A DNA stretch of 64,000 nt from Tubulanus polymorphus (Eukaryota; Animalia; Nemertea): contig NC_134035.1 of the NCBI RefSeq assembly GCF_964204645.1, positions 2,418,001 through 2,482,000 of the forward strand. Reading direction: 5' to 3'. The position numbers were made by a program, and so were the translations under genes. Of this stretch, positions 39,101 through 53,188 are shown piece after piece. Under the pieces are notes generated by a model, which saw only the letters and a program-made list of their open reading frames with translations, did no database searches and had not been told where the DNA came from. Every line of letters begins with the position of its first letter. Position 1 is the first letter of the stretch.

Positions 39101-39902
39101 CCAGATCGTCATTGAAAATGTCAGTTATATACTACTAGCAAATAAATGGTTGATTTCAGATCCAATAACTATATCGGCTAGAAACATAGAGGTTCTGTAT
39201 AAAACAGATATAATCTGATCCTTGTGTTACTAAATGCGTAATAATGATTTGGTCTGGTGGCTAACACGCTTGCTTTGTAAGTTCAAAGCCCGGGTTCGTT
39301 CCCCAGTGAGTGCGCTCAATATTTTTTCCAAATCTCAAATAAGGGATTGACCCTTTGATTTAATGTTCATTAACAAACCCACCACACCTGCCGGACACGA
39401 AACAGTTGCGTGATCGACGTTCGAAATAACAGAAATGTTTGTTTAAATCGAAGTATACATAATTGAAAAATGGAGTGCGCTTCAATGGTACACTCACCCT
39501 TTTTCGTTCAGAGCGCCACGAGCGAGACTGTCAACTTACGGTTTATGTGTTAGATTTCTATGGAAACACGCGGCCATACTTTTGTACATTTCAATTAAAT
39601 AATTATTACATTCCTAATCTACCCAATTGTACCGCAGGCACTGTGAGCGACCTATAATATCGAATTTTCATTCGAATTCACATTTAACGCCACTGCCATT
39701 TGCGCTATTACAAAACGAGATCTTCCACTGGTACCGCATCTAATTAGTGTTAGTCCTAAATAAGTAAAAGTGGTCGTACATATATAATCATGCGCTATTG
39801 ATTTATCTATCGTATACGTGCAATTTCACAGAAATTCAAACAGTAGTATCAAAAGTTAAACAATTCAGACCGGCGAATGAACGATTTATATATGCAATAT
39901 TA

Positions 39903-40385
39903 TTACAAGGCATTTGGAGCAGTCCAAATCGCCTCCAAAATACCGACAATCGTCGCCCCGATCAAGCAAAGCATATCTATGAACCAAAGCCCGATAACTT
40001 TCGATTCGTACGATTCACAAAATGTCTTCAAGGCTATGCTTGATGACAATAATGGATTGCTGCTATAGCCTTGAGAATAAGGGCACAATTTGGTCGCGTA
40101 TGATACGATGACCAGTATGAAGCCGATGAACCCAAAAACGGCCGTAATGATAGAAAAGGCGAACGCCGATATCCACAGTTCTTTCATGCCTTTCATAACG
40201 GCTACGATCGTGATAATACCGCACGCGATAATGAATATCGCCGGCCACCAGTGATGCGCGCCGGCCAAATGAAAACGCACTTTCGAGTAGCCAACAGACG
40301 AGCCTTCTTCCGCGCAGCCGAACAGAAATAACAGGCCGCCGAAAACGCAGTCGCAAATACCCAGTATCATTATCCTGTCCATCAT
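39903..40385 (-). CDS. Small four-transmembrane protein, paralog C (CD20/MS4A-like topology), 160 aa
   Basis: Four TM helices; Cys pair in a longer TM3-TM4 loop; ends AIWTAPNAL. Acceptor before 40414, candidate 5'-UTR donor at 40985/40984. Confidence 0.87.
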   Translation of the reverse strand: MMDRIMILGICDCVFGGLLFLFGCAEEGSSVGYSKVRFHLAGAHHWWPAIFIIACGIITIVAVMKGMKELWISAFAFSIITAVFGFIGFILVIVSYATKLCPYSQGYSSNPLLSSSIALKTFCESYESKVIGLWFIDMLCLIGATIVGILEAIWTAPNAL

Positions 40386-40787
40386 CTCGATTCGATTTTT
40401 TTTCGGAGATAATTCTGAAATGAACGAGAAATGGTTTGCGAATAGAAATTTTAAAATCTTGACATCCGTATACGTATAGCTATACGTATAGAATTAGAAC
40501 CTACTATATACAAATTGAAAACGTTAATTATTAATTATCGGACGTAAAAATGAAAAATTAAAAAGGGGACGTTTCCGATTGGGGATTATCGCCAGGTTTC
40601 TATTTTCTATTCTCTGGCTATGTTACTTTATGTAAACATTTAAATGAAGATTGACTTATAATTTGCCAATAAACACTAACAGTCTCCAGAATAAATCTAA
40701 ATCCCATCTTTTCGACGAGAGACGGCATAAAGAATGTTATTCTTAAAGATAACATTATCACTGAGGGAAAAATGGAAATACGAACTG

Positions 40788-40951
40788 AAGCCCAACGCAC
40801 ACGACGCGGCGAAACACACAAAAACACGCAGATACACGTTTGTTTCCCGAAACCATGTTTCACGTATAAACGCAAACAACGCTGGCAAAAGCTCGGAAAC
40901 ATGTTTCCGTCTCTCGTTTCAGTGTTTCCACGCGTCGCTTGCGCCGGGCTT
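40788..40951. mobile_element. MITE (AAGCCCAACGCACACGACGC TIR) in the 5'-UTR intron of 4-TM paralog C
   Basis: Inverted termini; related elements at about 46067-46316 and a partial copy at 13400-13510. Confidence 0.55.
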
Positions 40952-41113
40952 AAAACACAATTGCTAAGAAAAATGTATACTTACTAATCTATACGAGATA
41001 TTTCGATCGAGTTGAAACCGATAAAACGAAAAAAACCCGCGCTGAATCGTGTGTGCGAGAGACAGTAGTGTGCAGAACGAACAACGAAAAACAAACTCGA
41101 GATTAATAGAATA

Positions 41114-41119
41114 TTTATA
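41114..41119 (-). promoter_or_regulatory. Candidate TATA box of 4-TM paralog C
   Basis: TATAAA on - strand about 130 nt upstream of the candidate 5'-UTR exon donor (40985). Confidence 0.4.
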
Positions 41120-44100
41120 CGCGTGCGAACATATGCAACAAACAGGGTCCGCAGTTGCTCAAAATCTGGTTAAAGATAACCAGCAGATGAATACGAAGTT
41201 TTAATTGTCGCTTCGTCAACTATTCACTGGTTAGCTCTAACTAATTTTTAAGCAATTGACACCCCAGATACATAAACGAATTCAAACGTTGGTACAAAAA
41301 ACTAAAAATCGTTCGGATTAATCGTCTGAATATATGCATATATAATATTGATAGATAATATTCCTTTTTAATCTCTTAACTTTTGTTTATAGTGGGGTTT
41401 TAAACGTGTTATTCATCCTCCACGTCAGAGTGGGGCTATTCTACCAGTAGACGTATACCAATTAGGTCGGGTCCGGGGTTATTTGAAAAAAAGCTGTTTT
41501 CATGAGGATTTTCCAAACCTGATGATTATGAAATGACTAAGGCCAGAACTATTTCCAATTTAGTTCCGTATGTCCAGGGTTTTATGTTCCGGTGATGCTC
41601 CCTCCCCGAACGCAAAAACTCGTTAAGAGTTTGCGCAATTGTGTTCCAATAACAATTTTCGGGTGTCAAAGAGTGTCATATCCAAGGTGAGCTTTCCATC
41701 CCGGACTAGATAGTTAACCGACAATATTCAACCATTCCATTTCAGATTTCTCCGAGACGTTTCGTATTGTCGCAAAGATTCACCATCGATATGAGAAGTG
41801 AGTTTGATATTTTGTACTATTTCCGGAGTAAAGAGCGTTAACTTGAATAACGCAATAAATTGCGGATGAACTATTCACGAGGATATTCGCCTAACTCCTC
41901 TCCTTAAAACTCTACTTGCGTTTTAGCGCCGGTCAGGTCGGGCTACCTCGATGTCTTTAGAGAATGCAAACACCTTTTCAATATTATGATAGATGAAAAA
42001 CCATAGAATACGGTACAAACAAGGAGTGAATTGAAATTAAGATAAAACATTAATGAATTGTGAACTTAACAAATATATATATGAATATCGATATTTCTGT
42101 CCATGTGCTTTATGTTTCCTACCTCTTGTATGACCTTATTCCGCCGGTTTTTATATAAAACTTTTTGCAGAAATGCACCGTTTGACTGCAATGAGAAAGA
42201 ATTTCAATAGTAAGAAAGTTATCGATAAGTATTAGTAAGATTCGACAATACTTTTATGAAGAAAAAATAATTCCGTCACTTTCGCTCTGTCATATGTATA
42301 TAAGGGTGTTCGTGACCTGAGGGACCAAAATTTGGGAAAAATAGAGACAAAGGGATGAGTTTTCATATGGCTTAAAAGCTAAAGACCCATATCCTTTGAT
42401 TATTTTGGGGGCTCAAGCGGAAATCCCTACGCCCTGGTTTGCAAATATTTGGAAGGGATTTTCACGAGAATAAACAAGATCACTAGCGACACTTTAAATA
42501 GAATCATTTTAAGGCAGTGGGTTCGTGGTTTTAGTCGCAGGGATTTAAACATTATAATACGTAAATGAAAAAGTCCGACACTGATAGAATTTTATGCGAT
42601 AGATTTAAAGATGAAACCGCAAAGTTTCGGTGCTGTTGACCATCAGCAGGTGGAATGACCAAAAACGCGATAATGGATTGATGGATCGTGTAGCTTCGAG
42701 GAACTGATTCTAGTTAAACAGATTGTTTTTTACTCTCTGTTTTTTACACTATTCGTTCAAGGATTTTTAATTTGAATTCAAGAATTTGTGAATAGATGTA
42801 TTTATAAACCAATGAGAAATAAGTGTTAATTTGCAAATATCTCTTCTTGTTAACCCGATTTAGATATTCTATATTTTTTTCTCGTTTGTTCTGTTTTTAT
42901 AATTGACTCTCTTTATTGTGGATATTCCAATAACGGTATCAATATGTGAACGAGTATATTATATCGAATTGAATTAAGCAGCAACCTGGTACGTCAGAAC
43001 GCGGTCGCTGAATATACCTGTCAAACGGTGACTGACGATACCATGGTGATTAATCAACATCGCACCAAGGTCGATGGCCCCGCACGCGCTTTTTTTCTAG
43101 TGACTTAGATTTTGTAGTTAGGGAAACCCTTGGCAACGAGAAAGATTGACTGACACTGTACGATGAAGCGGTGTTTCTGTACATTCTGTACAATGTTTAC
43201 CGTTGAGAAAAAAAACCGAACTCTAAAACGAATATTTTTAACTATATTTCACTGCGCTATATCGAACATAGTAAATACGTGGATATAAATAGAATTCTTA
43301 TTTCCTGACTGAATGTTTTATTATTCACCGTGAACAATAACGCGTTAATCCTCTATTCAGAAATATAATAGAGGCTGGTTTATATGAATTCGCGAGAAAA
43401 AATGCAATATTCATTCGTCAAAATTGCTTTTTTCAACGTGACCTACATATGATATAACCTTATAAGTCATTTACAGTCCTGTACTCGATTTCCGATTTCC
43501 AAATCAAACCCCCTGTTTCGCTCCCGGCAGGTGTCGTGGGTTTGTAAGAGACACCAAAACAGAAAATCAAACGAAATCTACCAATCAAATAAATAACAGG
43601 GTCAATCCCTATTTCAAGATTAAAACAAAGAAGATCATCCGGCTATGATGAACTGACATGACTGCATTGAGTCTTACTAACATTAAAAACCAGTTTATAA
43701 TTCTTTCTTTTTAAATCTGTGGACAGTGGTCTATCGCTTGGTCACGCTGGAAACGCTTGAACCATTTTGCTCTTATGGTATCAGACCAGATACACGGGTC
43801 GTTGGCCGTTCGATTTCGAATAAAAATACACAATTTTCACGGAACTTTCGGCGGCGCGAACGTTATTTTCGGAGGGATATCAAAAACAGGAATGAGACGC
43901 ATGAAAACATACTTTAACCTCTTAACCTAGACCTTCTACGCGATTATAAAGCGAAGAAGAAATATGTAAATATTTGAGCGACAAATTGAATTGAAACTTG
44001 TTTACAGGTAGTAAGTATTATGAAGTAGCACATAGCAACTACATTTTGGGAAACCTGTTTGCTCGCGCTGCTGTAAATACCATATTCAGGGCGCAGAAAA

Positions 44101-47100
44101 TATCATCGTCGAGCTACGAACGGCATTTCGGCGCACGTATCGAGAAGCGGAATTCGACGACGATAAGATTAATAGATTGACCATGAGACCGCGAAGCCGG
44201 AAGACCGGCGTTCAATATCACTACGCAACCTCCCGTAAAACATCCGATAATACCGAAAAGCATCGCGGTTACCAGGGACGCACTTCGATTGGCGTCCTTG
44301 GTAACATTCAATTGAATGCTACTCAACCATGAATAATTAAGCTGCAATTATCTACGGTATTTCTAGTCTTTGGGCTTTGTTCTCCTCATGACTTTATCTC
44401 TTTTAACAGGCATGTTCCGTCGTGGCTGAGACTTGAAACCGGTCTAAGACCATCTTATGGTTCTAGAATAGCCAATCTAGAAACTTCAGGTCGGTCTTGA
44501 TATCTCAGTCTTGGGATGTAAGACCACTTCGGGACTTAAGTTTCGACTATGGAAAATACGCCGTAGCGCGAGTAACATACGCGTTGGGCGGCGTGTTTTT
44601 AATTTGACTGGAGCTGCACGGGCCTGAGGGTTTCGAAATTCGATGCGCAAATATGGCCTCAGAGCGATTTCCATTCATATAACGAAAAACAAACTCCCCA
44701 AACTCCCCCTTTTAATTCTAACTCATGACTGCGCAACTAACTCCTGTGGCCTGATCAAAAAAAAATATGTTGAACGCATCCTTTTTTATAAATTATCTAC
44801 ACCAATTTTACGGTCGTTGTGCGGCGTATATTGAGCTATTTAAAACATACTACAGTTGATCAATAATTCATGGATAGGAATTGATTCAGTACAAAAAAAC
44901 GTATCTTTATATCTTACTCCCTGCGATATTTTGTATATTGTGAACTAGGTAAGCCTATGTTATGAATAATTTATATTTGGCGTAAAATATCGTACGTTTT
45001 CCCTCGTAACAGGCGAGGGCTGTTGACTCTTAAAAAGGTTCCACGTTACACCCCATCGATATTTCTAATATTTCGTTCGAGAGTGAGTATTGTCGTCGAA
45101 CTCGACCCAGATTTACACGCCCTTAAGAAATGATCGACCTACATCCCGTTTAACGCGATTCTATACTGAAAGGGCTATATTCTGAATGTCGATGATCTGA
45201 AGGAGGAGAATATTGTATTAAGTATAGGTAACGACAACACGATTGGGGCTGATATTTCGGTCCAAATGAAAATGTTTCGGAATAGCTGTGCCAACTTTGT
45301 GTCAAACAATTTACGTGGAGAAAAATAGTACGTCGAGGACTAAAATTATTCGAAATAATGAGCTTTTTCGCTATTTGATCTTAAAATATGGATTGACTCT
45401 GTTATTTATCAGATCGGTTGATTTCGTTTGGTTTGGTGTCCCTTACAAACCCACCACACCTGCCGGGAGCGAAACAGGAGGTTCGATTCGGAAATCTGAA
45501 ATCGATGTACGGATATAGTTGTGTGACTGGGCAATTACAGAATGTTTTGTTTAAATCGAAGTACATAATTGGGAAATTCGGTTCCGATTCATTCGAAACA
45601 ATCTTCCAACCAGTCTGAACCGGCAAGCGACCGCTATTAGTACATAGTAGCTTCATCGAGTAAATGAGTGACTCATACAGCCGATGAAGCTTGTACTTCA
45701 GTTAAGTACTATTCGTCTTGAGATAAGTCGTTTTATACAGAAGTTCAACCGATGTTTTATTAGCTGGAACTTTGAAGGTATATTCAACGGTTTGTGTAGT
45801 TTCATTACCCGATCATAACCCTCGATTCTATTGTAGAAAAACGTGCGCAAACCACTCGTTAAAGTATTCATTATAATCCGTCAGTTCGGATCATCAAACA
45901 ACGGAAACGACCGAAACTTGCCCTGTCTATATTAATCAACTTATAGAGTTCTGACAGCAAAGTCTACACAGTCACCTAGGATACGAAGCAAATAGTCAGA
46001 CAGGTGTAAATACGAAAATGAGAATGAATCGAGTAGACGCGGTAAGCGTGCTCGTTTGAAATCCTTAAGCCCAAAGCTCACGGCGCAAATAAATACCCAG
46101 AAACAGCAGACAGAAACATGCGGTTTCGGCGAACAAAGTTTTAGAGTTTCCGATGTCAAATATATATGGCGTGTTTGATCTCGAAAACATTGTCGCTTCC
46201 AAAACCGCGTTTCTCGTAAACGCATACGGCACATGCAGGGGAACGCTCAGAAATACGTTTCTGTATCTCTTGTTTACCTGTTTCCGTGTTTCGTGGCATC
46301 GTTCGCGTTTGGCTTTATAACCGTTATCTGAATATTGACGCCGTTAAATCAATTCGTCTTCGGCTATTGAATTAATAGCCGTATAATTGGATAACAACGA
46401 GGCACACGAGACTAGTCGATTCATTCAATTATGAACCGGTAATAGATCGACTGATTTAATGGCCGCCATAAATCACCGCCATTCAACGACGATTTCACGG
46501 TACGTTCATCGAGAATTATGATTCGCAAAAATGGATGTTCTATCACTCTTACAGAAAGTAACTTCGTCGACTTTTTATCAAAATGTTTGAGGCAAATAGA
46601 ACAATATCGAAAATGTCTGAAACGTATAGTGAACTATAAAAAGCTATGAAATATGATTTGCAAAATTGGATGTTCTGATTGTCACTCTTTGCAGAAACTT
46701 CGTCGACTTTTTATGAAAACATTTGAGGCAAGTTTTGAAGTACCTGAAATTCTGCCTAATGAACAAGAATTCTATGAAACAGATTCTGAAGTTTATGACC
46801 CGTTAAAATACGAAAATCCATCGATCGGTACGGGTTAGATTTGATACAATTGTATCTTATAGATACTGATCTTTTTCATGGAGATACACGTAAAAAAGAT
46901 CATTTTCAAAATAGGAAAATATGATTCCTGCATTTTAACTTTTAGAATAAAAATATGAATATTATCGCATATGAAATAATGATTTATTAATATCATTTAT
47001 CGTCGAAAATATACAATGCTAAAACTAACAAGATTTATAGAATCATTACCTTTGGATTAATTGTTTTGTTTATTACCCTGTTCTCCCGATTCGTCGTTAA

Positions 47101-48195
47101 CCACTGACCGCGTTTTTCTCAGCGACGAGAGTCGTTCACCTAGCGTGACACGCGAAAAAATGCGTGCCAACCAATCGACTCAAAATAGACTAGGGTCTGA
47201 AAAAGAACCTGTTTCGTCGCTCTAGAACAATAGCTGTCGAGACGACGTCGCTGTGTGTAAGTTACGATTCAATCGTAATAAATAACGTTGCAGCTAAACA
47301 GCTCTTTATTTGAATATCGAGCGCGAAATCGTGACGACCGCATTGACGGCGACACGCGTAGCAACCGCGAGGTGGATTCGGTTTTCAATTTTTGTTTTGG
47401 TTACCGCTAAGAAAAAGCGTTCTACGTGCGTCGCTTTTCTTTTTCTTATTCGAGTTTGTTTAAGTAACGGCGTGTTTTGGAGTTGGCAAGAATGAACAAC
47501 AACATTTTTTCTGTGTGTCTTTTTAGTGTTTTCCACGAAATTTAGCTTTTGTTTTGAACAATCTGTCATAAATCTAAACATTCAATATCGGACTCAGACT
47601 GGTTAGGATTTGGCTCTACTGTTATAACGTTGGAAATAATTTCAAATCTTAAATGATTAAACCAAGAGCTAGTGAACTGAGCCATGATCCATATTAGTCC
47701 CGGCACGAGCTTTAGGCCTTTTCCACTTATGATATCTGAGATGAAATTTTACTCTAGGTCAAATATAATCATATCTAGTTCTGATATAACAAATATTTTT
47801 GGAATGATTCTTCTCTCTTAGTGAGAAATTGGGTTTATGGAATAAAGCGATCAGGGGCGGATCTAGGCATTTAGAATAGGGACTTCGATAGGTTCATTAT
47901 GGGGTTGGACGCGAAACGTGAAATTTTGAACGGTTTGATTATTTTCTAAGCCGTGATTCTTAAACCAAAATCACCATGCAATGATATTGACTTAAAACAA
48001 AAATAGGGCGCCCTAACTCAACCCCTGGTGCTATTAGCGTAGAGTTTGACCGGTTATAAATGCCAAAAATTATCTATGGCCGTTCCTTCCCTAGGAAAAA
48101 GATCGTAGATTGGTTTCGTCCTAGGAAAAGAATGCGCAAGTTCAATTCAATTCAACTGTGTTTCAGCTCGTGCTGCCACCTTCCTCCTAAACAAC

Positions 48196-48211
48196 ATGGC
48201 TTCCGTTTATC
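48196..48211 (+). CDS. GCAT: GCAT exon 1 (MASVY)
   Basis: aacATGGCTTCCGTTTATC|gtaagt; phase 1 matches the next exon. Confidence 0.75.
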
Positions 48212-51200
48212 GTAAGTGTGCAAATTTTGCATCAAATAATCGAAATAATAGCCCGTAATTCGCTTGACAGTAAAAATTTATGATGCTTCCATCGAAAATT
48301 CATTTATGTGCATCGTTTAGATTCAAATTTTAAATGCCAACTTATTTCAAAAGGACTTAAATAAGGGTTTTAAACGGTAAATATTTTACTTCCGGGTTCG
48401 AAGCCTGACCCGTAGCTGGCCATATTTCACTTAAAATGAGTAGACGTTATCGGCCATTGTACTCTTTACTTTGTGGGAATACCTGAAAAATTTGTTAGAG
48501 TTGGTTAGAATGGACAGCTGCAAAATGCTGAGGTACCAGGCTAACAGTAACCTATTGCCCTGCTTACCTACAAATGGCAGGCTAATTAGTCAGTTACCTG
48601 TTTGTGGTTTAGTTTCACGATCGGATATTTTCACAAACCACATTGGTATAAGCCCATCCGTCGGAATATGAAAAGCTTACCACCAACAATTAGGTAACTA
48701 ACTAATGGCAGGCAAGACTGCCGCTAGGCCACCTTTCATTCAACTGAGGTGTGTTTGTACAGGCTTGGATCTAACTGCAGTTTAGGTCACCTTTCCACTC
48801 TGTGGCGCTTGTGTTATTAAAGAATAGCGTTGTGGTTAGGATAGATATCATAACCATTAGGGAAACCTAAACTGCAGGCGCTCCACTCGCACGGAAATTT
48901 TTTACTAAGTTCTTTTTGTTTCACATTTATTGTCTATCGATTACGATTTAAGAAATCATTTTTCAGGAATCTCAAGAAATTGTCGTCCGATGTTGAGATT
49001 GGTGACGCGGCGATCTTCGCTGATCAATCAACAATGTCATCGTACTGCCGCGAGCGCCGGGTCCGTAGCGATGCGTCAGATCCTCGACCAAGAACTCGAT
49101 TCGATTCGTGAAGCGGGAACGTGGAAAGCCGAACGCGTCATTACAACTCGACAGGCGGCGCAAATCCAGGTCGCCGGACGCCATGGGAAAATTCTCAACT
49201 TTTGCGCTAATAATTATCTCGGTCTGTCGGTAAGTTAGGTTACAAATTTATCAAATCTACATGTTTTGATTTACTGGACTCAGTTCTTCTGACCTGGAAA
49301 ACTTAGGAAACTCAGAAAACCGACTTGAATCATTTTGAAAATGTACTTGTCTTAATCAAAAGTTGACTCTTAATCACAACTGTGGAATTGGATCCATCCT
49401 TATTACCACCATACAAATTGCGATAGTGGTCGCAAATCAGGGGTTGATGTAGGGTGCGTCTAGACTGTAGTTTTGCCAATTACATTACACTAGATCTTGA
49501 AAACAGCACAATGGAAAAACAGGAGGGTAGGGGGTGCTGCCTCTGAATATCGTGGTCATATTTCTGTGCATTGTGTTAAAGGTTTAAGTTTTGCTGATTT
49601 GTTGATTGAGTTGAAAATGCGGAGTTTATAGCACCGGATCCAGAATTAACTCCTTAATAATTTTAAGATGAAGATAAACTGTGCAATAGGCCATAATCCC
49701 TGACAGAGACCCTAGAAATCCTCCGTGTCATTTCTATCCACAAGCATCCTATTGCCAATAAGGCTGATGTAAGTACTGTATTTTTGTAATGTTTTATCTT
49801 ATCAGAGTCACCCGGAAGTGATCGCGGCCGGACAAAAGGCGTTAGAAACTCACGGAGCTGGTTTAAGTTCAGTTCGTTTCATTTGCGGAACAACGGTAAG
49901 ATTCATAGATGGCGAATAAATCGAAGGTTTTTCTGAATGAATGGGGTAAATTCACTGTCTTTGGGTTGTATGATTTGAGGTCCTGTTTTAAGTGATTGAA
50001 TAAATCGCCATAAAACAGTTGGGGGTATACGGCGTGATTAGACTCTCAGTGCAGAAGTGACCTAATATTGCATTTTTGGACATCAAAGTCACAAGAACAG
50101 AACTAAAAACACGATTGGGCTATATCATCTCTTAAAGATTTTAAGAAAGTTATCATTATTACTATGATTATTGGGTGTGGTTTATAATATATACTGGTAT
50201 ATACGATAAAAATTTCAGGATTTGCACAAAGAGCTGGAAGAAAAGATCGCGAAGTTTCACGGCCGAGAAGCGGCTGTTTTGTATCCGAGTTGCTTCGACG
50301 CGAACGCCGGACTGTTCGAGGTGCTGCTGACGAAAGACGACGCAGTTTTCTCCGATGAATTGAATCACGCTTCGATCATCGACGGAATACGTTTGTGTAA
50401 AGCGCAGAAGAATCGATATTCACATCGCGATATGGCAGGCAAGTGCGAAACGAAAGTCGATTATCTTGTTTGTACTCTGGATTTCAGAGGCCTCTCTACG
50501 ATAATATTGAATTACTAGTTTTGTTTCATTAAGTTGATACTGACAGTAAAAGAGCTGCAGACTTCTTCAGGTTCTAAATATTTTTCAACTGAGAAACGCT
50601 TGATTTGTTAGTTGTGTACAGACATGGCCCCCTTGATTACTGATTAATTTGTACAGACGAAATGTTTGACTGAGAGCAAAGAAAAATGATACGTTGTATA
50701 AGATCAGTATTAGCATAAAGAAAAGAATAAAATTGTTATGAATGTTAGACAAACGTCATCTCCTGTGTAAGATATGCTCTTAATTCGTCAATGTTTCTCC
50801 GTATTGTTTTCAGATCTGGAATCGCAATTAAAAGCATCGAAGGCTCGCATGAAACTGATAGTGACTGATGGTGTGTTCAGTATGGATGGCAATGTAGCTC
50901 CACTTCGGTAATGATAGTTTATCTCAAACTGTGATGTCAATTAAACTTCAGTATTCCGCGCATTTTCCTCTAATACATGTAATTAGGGACTTGTTAGTTG
51001 ACATGAAGGTGGCTGCACGTCCACCAGCTCAGCGCATTTCTGAGTTAAAAGTCTGATATCAAAGTTTCCGTTGCTAATTCGAACTTTCGAGTTGGATCCA
51101 ACGCGAACCAGAACTCGCCGTATGCACAGCAGCAAAAATATTCAAATACCATGATCTATAGAATAAGCTTTTGTATATCATCATCATCATTATCATCATC

Positions 51201-53134
51201 ATCATCACAGCAGTCGGTTTAATTTATTTCATGATATTATACAGAGAGATATGCGATCTGGCCGACAAGTACGACGCAACCGTTTACATCGATGAGTGTC
51301 ACGCGACTGGTTTCCTCGGAAAAACTGGTCGGTAAGTTCAATCTAACTAACGTTAAGTCGGTGAAAGTTTTTAGCTTTAAAGCGTGAAAAAGACGAAGAG
51401 AAGTTCAGCATGTTTGCCGTGGAATAAGAATTTCAATTATCATAGATAATTCGATGATTTATTTACAGCGGAACCGAAGAACATCTCGGAATCGACAACC
51501 GAGTCGATGTGATTAACTCAACACTCGGTAAAGCCCTCGGCGGTGCTGCAGGTTTGTAGATAAAGTATTGTACAGATATAGTCCAAACGATTATATAAAC
51601 TGTAATCAAGTTACTGAAATATCATCCTGAATGAAAAATGGATCCGCAAATGTTTCTTTGAGCAAGTAGTTTATTCAATGAACGACTAGCTCAAGGAAAC
51701 ATTTCGGACTCTAGTTTTCATTCTTAGGAATGTGGAATTTTGTATCGTTATCAAAACACTGGCAGAGTATTTCATCGATGGTTATGTGTGTGACTGTTTT
51801 CAGGAGGTTATACAACGGGTCCTGCTCAGTTGATCGATCTGTTGCGTCAGCGTTCGCGGCCGTACCTGTTTTCCAATACGCTGCCACCGCCGGTCGTCGG
51901 CTGCGCGATTCGCGTGTTCGATCTGCTCATGGATAGTACCGAGTTCTCGTCGAAGGTCGCCGCGAATACTCATCGTTTTAGGGACCGAATGACCGACGCC
52001 GGGTTCACGTTGTCCGTAAGTATAACCACACGATCAATATATATCATCAGGTTAATTGTCACATTGCAGGGTGGCCACAAACCTAGAAAACTCTGACAAA
52101 TTTTACCAAAAACCTGGAAAACTCATTGACCACAAGTTTATCAATACATGATTCAATGAAAAACATATTGTACATCTCAGAATTTGAAAATCTGTTTTAC
52201 CAGCCTAAACTTGAGTCTACTGCATCATACCATTTGTCAAATTGTTGTTACGGTAATTCTCTGGAGCAAAAGATCATTTGATGCCACTTAATCCTTAGAT
52301 GCTTATTAGATGTTTTAAAAAATACATGTACCTTTGATAATGTAAATTCTAAATTATCGTTGCTTGTTTTTTTTCACAGGGAGACTACGACCATCCTATC
52401 TGTCCAGTAATGCTAGGCGACGCCAGACTCGCTTCGACATTTGCAGACGAAATGTTGAGTAAGTTCTATTCTATTCGTTTAATCAAACTGAAGTATTTTT
52501 TCCTCCGAAGACCACGATAAAATTGCGATTACGTTACTTTTGCAGGTGAAGGCATTTACGTGATCGGATTCAGTTTTCCAGTCGTTCCCAAAGGTAGACA
52601 AATTTTAACTTATATATCACTGTTTAACCATTGTTCTTGAGTCTAAAATAATTAGATTTTCCGTGTATGTGTTAACTCAGAAATGAACTGATTGCAAGAA
52701 GGCTTCAGCACAGATATAAAAAACGAGGGCGGGCAGTGCCCTGTCTCAAAAGGGTGTAATGTACAATTTTGTAAAAGATACTTCTCTCAACGACTATGTT
52801 ATCTTTGAGTCGCATTTGCTTTTGGAAAAATTGCAAAAGTGAAACGCGTAAACTAAACGAATGCAAATCATAAACATTCTTAAGAAAGATTTAATAACAG
52901 GTTGCTCCTATGTTTGTAATTGATATATTAATATTGAGCTGTGTGTCGCTTTTCTAAACCATAGTTATCGTACAAAAACTCGAAAACCCATTCGACATTC
53001 TCGGAAGCCAGAGTTGTCTAAAGTTGTCAAAGACCTCCGACTTACGCTTCGTAACAATGACTTTTTTATCACCCCTCATTGAGAGATTCGACCGTATAAT
53101 GTAGTGGTAGTAGTAGTGGAGGTAGTAGTAGTAA

Positions 53135-53188
<54 letters not shown>

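Noticed and set aside
39250-39315. tRNA-like sequence with A/B boxes (also near 34290-34345 on -)
   Set aside because: No intact cloverleaf or acceptor stem; likely SINE heads rather than tRNA genes
42541-42652. Apparent exon of a pseudogene (DLNIIIRK*KSPTLIEFY...)
   Set aside because: It contains an in-frame stop, shares GAAAAAGTCCGA with the repeat at 23370 and has a degenerate hammerhead-like motif on -, so a PLE relic explains it better
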